The translations under genes were made by a program, and so were the position numbers. Source: Hypanus sabinus (lineage: Eukaryota). From it: 64,000 bases of DNA. Position 1 is the first letter of the stretch; every line of letters begins with the position of its first letter. Location: assembly GCF_030144855.1 (NCBI RefSeq), contig NW_026778917.1:372001-436000 (forward strand). Direction: 5' to 3'. Shown piece by piece: positions 10,860-22,799 of the stretch. The notes under the pieces are model-generated. The model was not told the DNA's origin. It did not search any database and worked only from the letters and a program-made list of their open reading frames with translations.

Positions 10860-11900
10860 GAGATTACCCTCCCCATCCCCATCGACCCCGCTCGCCTCCG
10901 GGACATGCAGACGGCGTCGGAGGTCCGGATCTGTGACCGACCGGGAGAGGTCGAGCTGGCCAGGCCCGAGCGCCGGAGACCAGCGGAGAACGGTGTTTCC
11001 GCCCTCCGGGACTCAGTCGGAGCGCGGCGGGGCTGGAGCTTTACCTGGTGGGAGGCAGATACCGAGAATCAGGGCGACCCCGAGCAGGGCAGCGACTGCA
11101 TCCATTGCGGGGGGCGGCGAATCTGCAGCGGCCGCGGCAGCGCCTTTACCTCGGCTCTCGGTTTCACTTTCTCTTCCCGGAATACCGGCGGGGTGGGGGG
11201 GGGGGCAGAGGCGGGGCTGAGGGCGAATTCGCCGGGACTCTCCGTTGAAAAATACCCCGGAGCGGTAAACACGAACGAAAGCACACGCTTCCCTCCGACC
11301 CCTCTCCGGGCCTCCTCCGGCCCCTAAAAACTCCCTGCCCTCTGTGACCCTCCCCGTCTCCGTGACTCCCCCAGCCCCTAAAAACTTCCCGATCTCTTTG
11401 ACCCGTCCCGACCCCTCTCTCCCCGTCTCAGTTATTCCCGAAAACCTCCCGACCCCTTTGATCTGCCCCGACCCGGCGGTTCAACAACTTCTTCCCCTTT
11501 GTCATCAGGTTCCTGAACCGACTGCAGGAGCCTCGGTCTCTCTCCACACGAGAGGCGTTCTTTATGTTCAGTTTACGTTAACAAGCTGCCGGGAAAAGCC
11601 AGTTTCCGTGACATTAGTACCGCGGAATGGCCTATCAAAATAAACTTGAATCTTGGTCTGTCCACCAACACCTCCCCCCGGCGGTCCTGCACCAACTTCC
11701 AAAGCGAGAACCCCCGAGATTCTGCAGAAGCTGGGAATCCTGGAGGAAATCAGCAGGTCAGAGTTTCGGGCCGAGAAGGGCGAAGATGCCAGAATGCCGT
11801 TCAAGCTGGCGACTGGTGGGTTAGGCCAGGTGACGGGGAAGAGGGCGATGCAGTCGGAATTTGGAAAAGGGCCGAAGAAGGACTCCGAAAGCAGATTTGA
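10860..11900. promoter_or_regulatory. CpG-rich island at the tapasin 5' end
   Basis: Visibly high GC and CpG density around tapasin exon 1, unlike the flanks. Confidence 0.7.
11045..11105 (-). CDS. TAPBP: Tapasin exon 1 (signal peptide)
   Basis: ATG at 11105 (gcaATGG). Encodes MDAVAALLGVALILGICLPP plus 1 nt; donor gtaaag at 11044. Phase 1 joins exon 2 in frame. Confidence 0.8.
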
Positions 11901-11904
11901 CGAG

Positions 11905-14900
11905 GTGAGACGGGCACCAGAATGGGGAGGTGATTGGGGGGTGAGGAGAAGAGAAGGGGTGAGACGGGCACCAGAGGGAGGTGATTGGCCGGTGAGGAGA
12001 AGAGAAGGGGTGAGACGGGCACCAGAGGGAGGTGATTGGCCGGTAAGGAGAAGAGAAGGGGTGAGACGGGCACCAGAGGGAGGTGATTGGGCGGTGAGGA
12101 GAAGAGAAGGGATGAGACGGGCACCAGAGGGAGGTGATTGGGCGGTGAGGAGAAGAGAAGGGGTGAGACGGGCACCAGAATGGGGAGGTGATTGGCCGGT
12201 GAGGAGAAGAGAAGGGGTGAGACGGGCACCAGAGGGAGGTGATTGGGCAGTGAGGAGAAGAGAAGGGATGAGACGGGCACCAGAGGGAGGTGATTGGGCG
12301 GTGAGGAGAAGAGAAGGGGTGAGACGGGCACCAGAGGGAGGTGATTGGCCGGTGAGGAGAAGAGAAGGGGTGAGACGGGCACCAGAGGGAGGTGATTGGG
12401 CGGTGAGGAGAAGAGAAGGGGTGAGACGGGCACCAGAGGGAGGTAATTGGCCGGTGAGGAGAAGAGAAGGGGTGAGACGGGCACCAGAGGGAGGTGATTG
12501 GCCGGTGAGGGGAAGAGAAGGGGTGAGACGGGCACCAGAGGGAGGTGATTGGCCGGTGAGGAGAAGAGAAGGGGTGAGACGGGCACCAGAGGGAGGTAAT
12601 TGGGCGGTGAGGAGAAGAGAAGGGATGAGACGGGCACCAGAATGGGGAGGTGATTGGCCGGTGAGGAGAAGAGAAGGGGTGAGATGGGCACCAGAGGGAG
12701 GTGATTGGGCGGTGAGGAGAAGAGAAGGGGTGAGATGGGCACCAGAGGGAGGTGATTGGGCGGTGAGGAGAAGAGAAGGGGTGAGATGGGCACCAGAGGG
12801 AGGTGATTGGGCGGTGAGGAGAAGAGAAGGGGTGAGACGGGCACCAGAGGGAGGTAATTGGCCGGTGAGGAGAAGAGAAGGGGTGAGACGGGCACCAGAG
12901 GGAGGTGATTGGGCGGTGAGGAGAAGAGAAGGGGTGAGACGGGCACCAGAGGGAGGTGATTGGGCGGTGAGGAGAAGAGAAGGGGTGAGATGGGCACCAG
13001 AGGGAGGTGATTGGGCGGTGAGGAGAAGAGAAGGGGTGAGATGGGCACCAGAGGGAGGTGATTGGGCGGTGAGGAGAAGAGAAGGGGTGAGATGGGCACC
13101 AGAGGGAGGTGATTGGGCGGTGAGGAGAAGAGAAGGGGTGAGACGGGCACCAGAGGGAGGTAATTGGCCGGTGAGGAGAAGAGAAGGGGTGAGACGGGCA
13201 CCAGAGGGAGGTGATTGGGCGGTGAGGAGAAGAGAAGGGGTGAGACGGGCACCAGAGGGAGGTGATTGGCCGGTGAGGAGAAGAGAAGGGGTGAGACGGG
13301 CACCAGAGGGAGGTGATTGGCCGGTGAGGAGAAGAGAAGGGGTGAGACGGGCACCAGAGGGAGGTGATTGGGCGGTGAGGAGAAGAGAAGGGGTGAGACG
13401 GGCACCAGAGGGAGGTGATTGGCCGGTGAGGAGAAGAGAAGGGGTGAGACGGGCACCAGAGGGAGGTGATTGGCCGGTGAGGAGAAGAGAAGGGGTGAGA
13501 CGGGCACCAGAATGGGGAGGTGATTGGCCGGTGAGGGGAAGAGAAGGGGTGAGACGGGCACCAGAGGGAGGTGATTGGCCGGTGAGGAGAAGAGAAGGGG
13601 TGAGACGGGCACCAGAGGGAGGTGATTGGCCGGTGAGGAGAAGAGAAGGGATGAGACGGGCACCAGAGGGAGGTGATTGGGCGGTGAGGAGAAGAGAAGG
13701 GGTGAGACGGGCACCAGAGGGAGGTGATTGGCCGGTGAGGAGAAGAGAAGGGGTGAGACGGGCACCAGAGGGAGGTGATTGGCCGGTGAGGAGAAGAGAA
13801 GGGGTGAGACGGGCACCAGAGGGAGGTGATTGGCCGGTGAGGAGAAGAGAAGGGGTGAGACGGGCACCAGAGGGAGGTGATTGGCCGGTGAGGAGAAGAG
13901 AAGGGGTGAGACGGGCACCAGAGGGAGGTGATTGGCCGGTGAGGAGAAGATAAGGGGTGAGACGGGCACCAGAGGGAGGTGATTGGCCGGTGAGGAGAAG
14001 AGAAGGGGTGAGACGGGCACCAGAGGGAGGTGATTGGGCGGTAAAGGAGAAGAGAAGGGGTGAGACGGGCACCAGAGGGAGGTGATTGGGCGGTGAGGAG
14101 AAGAGAAGGGGTGAGATGGGCACCAGAGGGAGGTGATTGGCCGGTGAGGAGAAGATAAGGGGTGAGACGGGCACCAGAATGGGGAGGTGATTGGGCGGTG
14201 AGGAGAAGAGAAGGGGTGAGACGGGCACCAGAGGGAGGTGATTGGCCGGTGAGGAGAAGAGAAGGGGTGAGACGGGCACCAGAGGGAGGTGATTGGGCGG
14301 TGAGGAGAAGAGAAGGGGTGAGACGGGCACCAGAGGGAGGTGATTGGCCGGTGAGGAGAAGAGAAGGGGTGAGACGGGCACCAGAGGGAGGTGATTGGCC
14401 GGTGAGGAGAAGAGAAGGGGTGAGACGGGCACCAGAGGGAGGTAATTGGGCGGTAAAGGAGAAGAGAAGGGGTGAGACGGGCACCAGAGGGAGGTGATTG
14501 GGCGGTGAGGAGAAGAGAAGGGGTGAGACGGGCACCAGAGGGAGGTGATTGGCCGGTGAGGAGAAGAGAAGGGGTGAGACGGGCACCAGAGGGAGGTGAT
14601 TGGCCGGTGAGGAGAAGAGAAGGGGTGAGACGGGCACCAGAGGGAGGTGATTGGCCGGTGAGGAGAAGAGAAGGGGTGAGATGGGCACCAGAGGGAGGTG
14701 ATTGGCCGGTGAGGAGAAGAGAAGGGGTGAGATGGGCACCAGAGGGAGGTGATTGGCCGGTGAGGAGAAGAGAAGGGGTGAGACGGGCACCAGAGGGAGG
14801 TGATTGGCCGGTGAGGAGAAGAGAAGGGGTGAGACGGGCACCAGAGGGAGGTAATTGGGCGGTAAAGGAGAAGAGAAGGGGTGAGACGGGCACCAGAGGG

Positions 14901-16138
14901 AGGTGATTGGGCGGTGAGGAGAAGAGAAGGGGTGAGACGGGCACCAGAGGGAGGTGATTGGCCGGTGAGGAGAAGAGAAGGGGTGAGATGGGCACCAGAG
15001 GGAGGTGATTGGGCGGTGAGGAGAAGAGAAGGGGTGAGACGGGCACCAGAGGGAGGTGATTGGGCGGTGAGGAGAAGAGAAGGGGTGAGACGGGCACCAG
15101 AATGGGGAGGTGATTGGCCGGTGAGGAGAAGAGAAGGGGTGAGACGGGCACCAGAGGGAGGTGATTGGCCGGTGAGGAGAAGAGAAGGGGTGAGACGGGC
15201 ACCAGAGGGAGGTGATTGGCCGGTGAGGAGAAGAGAAGGGGTGAGACGGGCACCAGAGGGAGGTGATTGGGCGGTAAAGGAGAAGAGAAGGGGTGAGACG
15301 GGCACCAGAGGGAGGTGATTGGGCGGTGAGGAGAAGAGAAGGGGTGAGACGGGCACCAGAGGGAGGTGATTGGGCGGTGAGGAGAAGAGAAGGGGTGAGA
15401 CGGGCACCAGAATGGGGAGGTGATTGGCCGGTGAGGAGAAGAGAAGGGGTGAGACGGGCACCAGAGGGAGGTAATTGGGCGGTGAGGAGAAGAGAAGGGG
15501 TGAGATGGGCACCAGAGGGAGGTGATTGGGCGGTGAGGAGAAGAGAAGGGGTGAGACGGGCACCAGAATGGGGAGGTGATTGGCCGGTGAGGAGAAGAGA
15601 AGGGGTGAGACGGGCACCAGAGGGAGGTGATTGGGCGGTGAGGAGAAGAGAAGGGGTGAGACGGGCACCAGAGGGAGGTGATTGGGCGGTGAGGAGAAGA
15701 GAAGGGGTGAGACGGGCACCAGAGGGAGGTGATTGGCCGGTGAGGAGAAGAGAAGGGGTGAGACGGGCACCAGAGGGAGGTGATTGGCCGGTGAGGAGAA
15801 GAGAAGGGGTGAGACGGGCACCAGAGGGAGGTGATTGGGCGGTGAGGAGAAGAGAAGGGGTGAGACGGGCACCAGAGGGAGGTGATTGGCCGGTGAGGAG
15901 AAGAGAAGGGGTGAGACGGGCACCAGAGGGAGGTAATTGGCCGGTGAGGAGAAGAGAAGGGGTGAGACGGGCACCAGAGGGAGGTGATTGGCCGTTGAGG
16001 AGAAGAGAAGGGGTGAGACGGGCACCAGAGGGAGGTGATTGGCCGGTGAGGAGAAGAGAAGGGGTGAGACGGGCACCAGAGGGAGGTGATTGGCCGGTGA
16101 GGAGAAGAGAAGGGGTGAGACGGGCACCAGAATGGGGA
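11905..16138. repeat. 51-bp tandem array (~83 copies)
   Basis: Unit gtgagacgggcaccagagggaggtgattggccggtgaggagaagagaaggg, with 52- and 54-bp variants. Confidence 0.98.
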
Positions 16139-16139
16139 A

Positions 16140-16330
16140 TAGAAAAAGAGAAGTGGGGGGGGGGAATTACTGGCAGTTGGAGAAATCTATATTGTTGCCA
16201 TCAGTTTGGAGACTACCCAGATGGAATATGTGATGTGGCTCCTCCAACCTGAATGGGCCTTATCATGGTGTAGAGGAGGCCATGGATACACATGTCCGAT
16301 TGGGAATGGGAAGTAGAATTGAAATGGGTA
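16140..16330 (-). mobile_element. Penelope-like fragment
   Basis: Similar to the 10480-10760 segment (ggagactacccagatggaatatg...ctccaacctga). Confidence 0.5.
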
Positions 16331-16339
16331 GCCATCAGT

Positions 16340-17896
16340 AAAGTAATTCAGGAAACTGAGGATGGGGCAGAGACAGAGTATCGTGAGACCGTCAGGAAGG
16401 ACAGGCAGATGACGGAAAATATTGAAAGGACAAGCAGGTAGGCAGAGGGGTGGGGACAGTCTGTTGGTTAAAAGAAATTAAACCCTGAGAAAGGGGTGAC
16501 ATAGGATGGGACGAGGTAGAATCATTGTGGGTAGAGTTATGAAGCTGCAAGGGTAAAAAGACCTGACAGAAGCCAGGACGGGGGCTCAAATTAAAATGGG
16601 AAATAGAAAAGGGCAACCTTACGATAGTCATGGGGGGTTTCAATATGCGGGTAGATCGGGTTGGTGCTTGTTCTGGAGCCCGAGAGAGAGAGGATTTGTA
16701 GAGTGCCTACGAGATGGCTTTTCCGAGCAGCGTGTGGTTGATCAGGTGTGTGATGAACTGGATTTGATTAGGTAGTGATCATGCTATGATAGAATTCCCC
16801 CTTGAATTAAAGAGGAAGAAGCTAAAGTCCGATGTATCAGTATTTCAGTGAAGGGAATGGGAGAGGAGCTGGCAAAGGTTGATTGGAAGGGGTCACGAGA
16901 AGCGATGGTGGCAGGGCAGAAATGGCTGGAGTTTCTGGCAGCATTTTGGAAGGTGCGGGATAGAAACATCCAGAAGAAGAAGTGGTATTCTGGAGGTGGG
17001 ACGAAGGAAGTCAAAGCCAACATCAGAGCAAGAGAGAGAGAGGGCATAAAAAAGAACAACAACTAGTAGGAAGTTTGAGAATTGGGAAGCTTTTAATAAC
17101 AGAGGAAAAGATTAAATATGAAGGCGAGCTAGCCAATAATATCAAAGAGGAACCAAAAGATTTTTTTGAGTAAAGCAGAGGTGAAAGTAGATATTGGGCC
17201 CCTGGAACATGACACTGGGGAGCTAGTAACGGGCAACCAGGAAATGGCAGATGAACTGAACAAGTATTTTGCATCAGCCTTCACTGTGCAAGACACTAGC
17301 AGTATGTTGGAATTTGGAGATTATCAGAGGGCAGAAGTGAATGAAGATCATTAGGTTCTGGGATGGTTCTGAAGGACTGGAAAACTGCAAATGTCACTCC
17401 ACTCTTCAAGAAGGAAGGGAGGAAGGAAAAAGGAAATTATCGGTCAGTTAGCCCGGCCTCTGTGCTTGAGAACGTGTTGGAGTCAATTGTTAAGGATGAG
17501 GTTTTGGGGTATTTGGAGGCACATGGTAAAGAGGCTATAGTCAGCATGGTTTCTTCAAGAGAACATCTTGCCTGACAAATCTGTTGGAACTCTTTGAGAA
17601 AATGGCAAGCACGATAGACAAAAGAAAATCAGTAGATGCTGTGTACTTGGAATTTCAGAAGACCTTTGACAAGGTGCTGCACATGAGGATGCTTAGCAAG
17701 ATAAAAGTCCATTGTGTTACAGGAAAGATACAAGCATGGATAGAGCATTGGCTGATTGGCAGGAGGCAAACTGTGGGAATAATTGGAGATTATTGGTTGC
17801 CGGTGACTATAAAACAAGGATAAAATGCTGAGGCTTTATAAGACACTGTTGAGGCCTCACTCAGAGTATTAGTGCCCCATATCTAAGAAAGGATGT
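16340..17896 (+). mobile_element. Decayed CR1 ORF2 (APE to RT)
   Basis: DWKTANVTPLFKKEGRKEKGNYRSVS and VYLEFQKTFDKV motifs. Confidence 0.85.
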
Positions 17897-18941
17897 TGTC
17901 ACGTACCCTGTGACCGGATTAAGAACCAGCAGAAATGGAACACCTTGGAGTCTGGTATTGCTATAAACTAATAGAGTTTATTAGTAAACTAAGTAATACA
18001 GTACTATATGTAACTCCCTGGGTCGCCTCAGGCTCGCTCAGCTCGTTCTTGTCTAGGGGGAGCAGCCTTCGGCCCCGCCAAACTGGGTAATCAGCTGGTG
18101 TGGATGCTGTGTGATGTCCCCGCCTCGCCCAAAAACAGACAGTTCACCATAAGCGATTAAATGAGTACAATTTATAAAGGTTACTATAACTAAGTGATTA
18201 ATAACGATACAGTATATATGAAGAGAAAATTAAAGAAAAGGCGCCAAACTTATCAAAGTCCAAACCACTTTGTGCACAACCGTTGGAGCTCAATTACTGA
18301 AGTCTTCTGGCCACCATTCGATCCCCTCCGAACTCCTCGACTCGCAGCTCAGGACCCTCCGAACTCCTCGACTCTCCAAACAGCTCAGGACCCTCCGAGT
18401 GGTCAACCAAGCACATCTAGCTTCATCCCCACCCCTCGGAGAATCTCCCGGCCTCGGACCCCCCTTTGGGGTCCGATCCTCGCCCAGCTTAGAGCATTGC
18501 GTCCTCTCTCTCGACCCCCTTGCGCCGATCTGCCCAAAAGCCCATTAATCCCCATTTGGTTTACAAAGGAATACCATTCTCATTATCAGTAAATTAGCAT
18601 TCCTGCTAGTTAACAAAAGGAAACCCTTTCCCAACAGTAACAAAGAAAAAAAAGGAAACCCCCTTTATACTCTTCCTCCACCAAATAAAAGTCATGTCCT
18701 CATGACTACTAAATAACTCGCCACCTTTCCTGCCAACACACCGTAACCCAAGCACAAACAGTGACATCTCCTCCCCACACAGTAACCCTCACGCCCTGTT
18801 CCTCAGGCGCTACTTAGGCCAACTATCTGGGAGTTCCCTAACCCTTCTGAGGCCTCCGTACCCCCTCACCTAAACCCTTCAGGCTCGGACACAACTGGGG
18901 ATACCTTGGGCCCACTACCAACTCCTCTCTCAACCTCTCAC

Positions 18942-19952
18942 TCATGCCCCACACTGCACACAGCTAACCCTCCCCGCTACACCTGACTCAATGGGAGAAG
19001 GGCCAAAGGTCTCCTCCTCAATCGAGGGAAAGTCAGCAAAAGGCAGCATGTACCACACATCCAGCACGTCATCCATCGAATCTGTATTCTTCCTCATTCC
19101 TGTGATCGGTAGCTGCTGTTTGATCTTCTCTAAACGGAAACACGTGGCCTGCACTGCTCCCGCAGTCTCTGCAGCCTCCTGTTCAGTATTCACTACACTT
19201 CTCTCCACCTTTTTCTTCCTCATGACTTCTTCCAGATCAACTTTCAGATTTTGCACTTCATTTGAACTGTCGATGGTCATCTTCAGGTTCCCTTCAAGCT
19301 TCCGCTTCTCTCTTCTGAGATTCGTCTGTAATTTCTTCACCTCCGCAAACTCCCCTCTCCGGGTTCTCAGTTTGCTATTACCCTCAGTCAGACAACTTTC
19401 TTCATTCTCTCCAACTTGTAAGTCTCCCGAATGGTTCCAGATCACTTTCTCCAGTCTTTCCGTCTTCATTTCAAACTTGATTCTGTAGAGACAGTCACTC
19501 ACGAGCTGCGACCTTCGCCAGCCCTGGCACATGTCCCGAAAACACTTTAACTCGGTAGTTCTCAGCTGCTCCTGCAACGACCTCACTTCATATTCTCCTG
19601 AGGCAAATCCAAATACCAAGAGATCATCCACATACACCAAAACTCCAAACGCCTCCACATCCCCTATGGTCTTCCACCTGCCCCGCAGGAAGGTTGCAAG
19701 GGCTCCAGATATGCCCTGTGGCATCTTTTCGGACCCGAAGACTCCTAGGGAATTTATAACGGCCGTCTTCTCCTTGTCGGCCCCACTCATCGGGATCTGG
19801 AAACATCCACTCCTCAGATCGAGCACCTTAAACCACATCGCACCGTTCAGACAGGCCAACGCCTCTCTGGCCCTCAGGGCCATATTCTGGTCACTGACAG
19901 TGCGCCTCTTCAACGCAATATAATCCACACACACGCTGCCTACGTCTTCCAC
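18942..19952 (-). pseudogene. Gypsy RT remnant fused in frame to a myosin-tail-like coiled coil
   Basis: [15 protein letters not shown] and YVDD motifs, followed by [43 protein letters not shown]. Confidence 0.75.
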
Positions 19953-19967
19953 GGCTTCAGGGGCCAG

Positions 19968-21074
19968 TCACCGCAACCTCTCTCTCTCCGAGGTGTCTTC
20001 AACAGTCAACTCCGCTCCCTCGTGGTATTTCGCAGCGTCCACTAAGAGGGTCTCACCCTCAGATACTTCCCCCAGGCCGTACCGCCACTGGCTCTTGTTT
20101 GAATTCGGTATCGGCCCAATGCTGCTACACACTTCCACACAAGCAGCTCGAAACTCTGGGTGCATCGACAATGTCTCCAAACAACGCTCAACCGCCTCCT
20201 CCGGGCAGGTCCCCAAGCGCACCAGCAGGGTATTGGTTCTCTCTAGAACAGAAACGCTGCCCGTCTCAACAGGGTCCGGACACATCAGCATTAACGATTC
20301 CTGAACCTCAGTCTCCTCCAGATTTGCCTCCAAGAACTCCATTTTCACTGACCAACAACCGTCGTCTGGATAATCACCGGCACTGGTACCCCGAATCTCC
20401 AGTGTCCTCAATGTCGTCAAGGGTAAATGCTTCCAATAACGGTTATGAAACAAACTGTACAGCAACTTAACCGGCGCCCCGGTGCCGAGGATGGCTTTAA
20501 CTTGACTTCCATCCATCCGTAACAACACCTGTGCGCGTGGTCCCTCTAAGCCTTCAGGAATAGGGTCTGTTCCTTTCGGGAGTTCCTTGGTACATTGCTG
20601 GGAACGTGCTCCCCCAGAGACCCCAAGCTGTTCCCCCACTGGGCCTCCTCTAAGTTTCCCGACACCTCTCGAATCAACGGAACAACTGATCCCCTTGACA
20701 GATCCCCTTGGCACCACAAGCAATTTATCTGCCCCCCTAGGCAAAAAGGGATACCCTAAAAACTTCCCACCAATCTCCTGCCACGGATATGATAAGCCCC
20801 CCAGCTGCGGCATTTGACTTCCAGTCGAACCACACGCATTTTCCCACACTTTCCCAGAACTGGCAGCCGTCACTTCGAGGTAATTGCGCCCGACAGTTCT
20901 AACAAAGTCACCAACCCGCCTACTCAAACTTTCAACCCGTCCCTGTCGCTTTCCCTCAGCCAAGTACTGCCACTCACCCAACAACTGAGGGGTCCGCTCT
21001 GCCCACGCCTCCGCCCCTTTAGGGCTGGACGTTATTCCAACAACCGGGTGGAGCCCACCATCCCAACCTGTCAC
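19968..21074 (-). pseudogene. Gypsy gag (PNMA-like) and aspartic protease remnant
   Basis: [15 protein letters not shown]...KRQGRVESL gag motif; protease site mutated (AILGTGA where DTG is expected). Confidence 0.75.
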
Positions 21075-22544
21075 TCCTCACTCTCCAAACAGTACGGACA
21101 GCCCATGGTCCCACCACCATTTCATCAGCACTAGTCGGAACTCGAACAACGACCTCCAGGCTAGCAACAGCAGCCACCCCACCCAACACACACGCAGTGA
21201 TAACCAGCAATCGCACACCCACAAAGGCACACCAGCTCTTCGCCGCAGACACAATTTAAAGAGGGTGATCACACAGCTTCCACAGAAATCAATCCCGGAC
21301 GAGCACCCCACAATGTAACTCCCTGGGTCGCCTCAGGCTCGCTCAGCTCGTTCTCGTCTAGGGGGAGCAGCCTTCGGCCCCGCCAAACTGGGTAATCAGC
21401 TGGTGTGGATGCTGTGTGATGTCCCCGCCTCGCCCAAAAACAGACAGTACACCATAAGCGATTAAATGAGTACAATTCATAAAGGTTACTATAACTAAGT
21501 GATTAATAACGATACAGTATATATGAAAAGAAAATTAAAGAAAAGGCGCCAAACTTGTCAAAGTCCAAACCACTTCGTGCACAGCCGTTGGAGCTCAATT
21601 TCTGAAGTCTTCTGGCCACCATTCGATCCCCTCCGAACTCCTCGACTCGCAGCTCAGGACCCTCCGAACTCCTCGACTCTCCAAACAGCTCAGGACCCTC
21701 TGAGTGGTCAACCAAGCACATCTAGCTTCATTCCCCCCCCCTCGGAGAATCTCCCGGCCTCGGACCCCCCTTTGGGGTCCGATCCTCACCCAGCTTAGAG
21801 CATTGCGTCCTCTCTCTCGACCCCCTCGCGCCGATCTGCCCAAAAGCCCGTCAACAAAAGCTTACAGACTCAGAAGAAAGAACATTAATCCCCATTTGGT
21901 TTACAAAGGAATACCATTCTCGTTATCAGTAAATTAGCATTCCTGCTAGTTAACAAAAAGAAACCCTTTCCCAACGGTAACAAAGAAAAAAAAGAAACCC
22001 CCTTTACATATAAAATGCAAATATATGAAACAGGTTAGCGATGATATATACGGAAGTATAGAAATAGGAATCGAAACCAAGCTCTATCAAAGTCTAGGGG
22101 TAAATGAATAGTCTTAAGATGGTGCAGGGTTCAGTTCAGTTTAGTTTAGTCGAGGTAGTTGCTGGTGTACCGTTAGAGAGAGAGCGAGCGAGAGGTGATA
22201 TAGTTGCTGTCGAATCTTCCGTTATCTTCCTGTCCAGTTATGGTCACCAACTGTGACCCCGTACGGCTGTTCTTCAGTGGTGGACCTGTCACCCAGGCGA
22301 GGGTGGACACACAAACGAGTCTGCACCAGTCGCACCTCCACACACTGTGAGCCACTGATCGATTCCCCGAATCGATCCTTCAAACCCCCACCTTCACGTG
22401 GGTGCACAAAGCTCGTTCAGTGTCCCGTGGTGTGTCCCCCTGGATCTTAGCAGACCTGCTTTTTATCTGCACTTGCTGGACATCGGCTGTCCATCAAACC
22501 GGCTCCGCCCTGCTGTCTCTGCAGGAATTTTAACGAGCAGGCAA

Positions 22545-22745
22545 NNNNNNNNNNNNNNNNNNNNNNNNNNNNNNNNNNNNNNNNNNNNNNNNNNNNNNNN
22601 NNNNNNNNNNNNNNNNNNNNNNNNNNNNNNNNNNNNNNNNNNNNNNNNNNNNNNNNNNNNNNNNNNNNNNNNNNNNNNNNNNNNNNNNNNNNNNNNNNNN
22701 NNNNNNNNNNNNNNNNNNNNNNNNNNNNNNNNNNNNNNNNNNNNN
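22545..22745. other. Assembly gap (~200 N)
   Basis: Run of N. Confidence 1.
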
Positions 22746-22799
22746 TCCTTCCCCCCCGCAATAGCAGCATAGTTCATGGGGGTCAACTGTGGACCCCAT

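Larger units (their letters stand above)
18009..22008 (-). mobile_element. Non-autonomous Gypsy LTR retrotransposon, 4.0 kb
   Basis: Paired LTRs 18009-18669 and 21314-22008; 4-bp TSD TATA. tRNA-Pro-like PBS tggggtgctcgtccgggat after the 5' LTR; PPT ggtggaggaagag before the 3' LTR. No RNase H or integrase recognised. Confidence 0.92.
17897..22544. mobile_element. Outer LTR (different family) split by the Gypsy insertion; runs into the gap
   Basis: Starts TGTCACGTACCC at 17897. Sequence resumes at 22013 after the TATA TSD and ends at the N gap. Confidence 0.6.

Noticed and set aside
10684-11327. Plus-strand ORFs of 178 and 208 aa over the CpG island
   Set aside because: They are antisense to tapasin exon 1 and start in Penelope sequence; GC richness explains the lack of stops.
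11568-16252. Very long ORFs (1519, 1150, 1006, 766 aa)
   Set aside because: They come from the 51-bp stop-free repeat in several frames on both strands; there is no sign of real coding.
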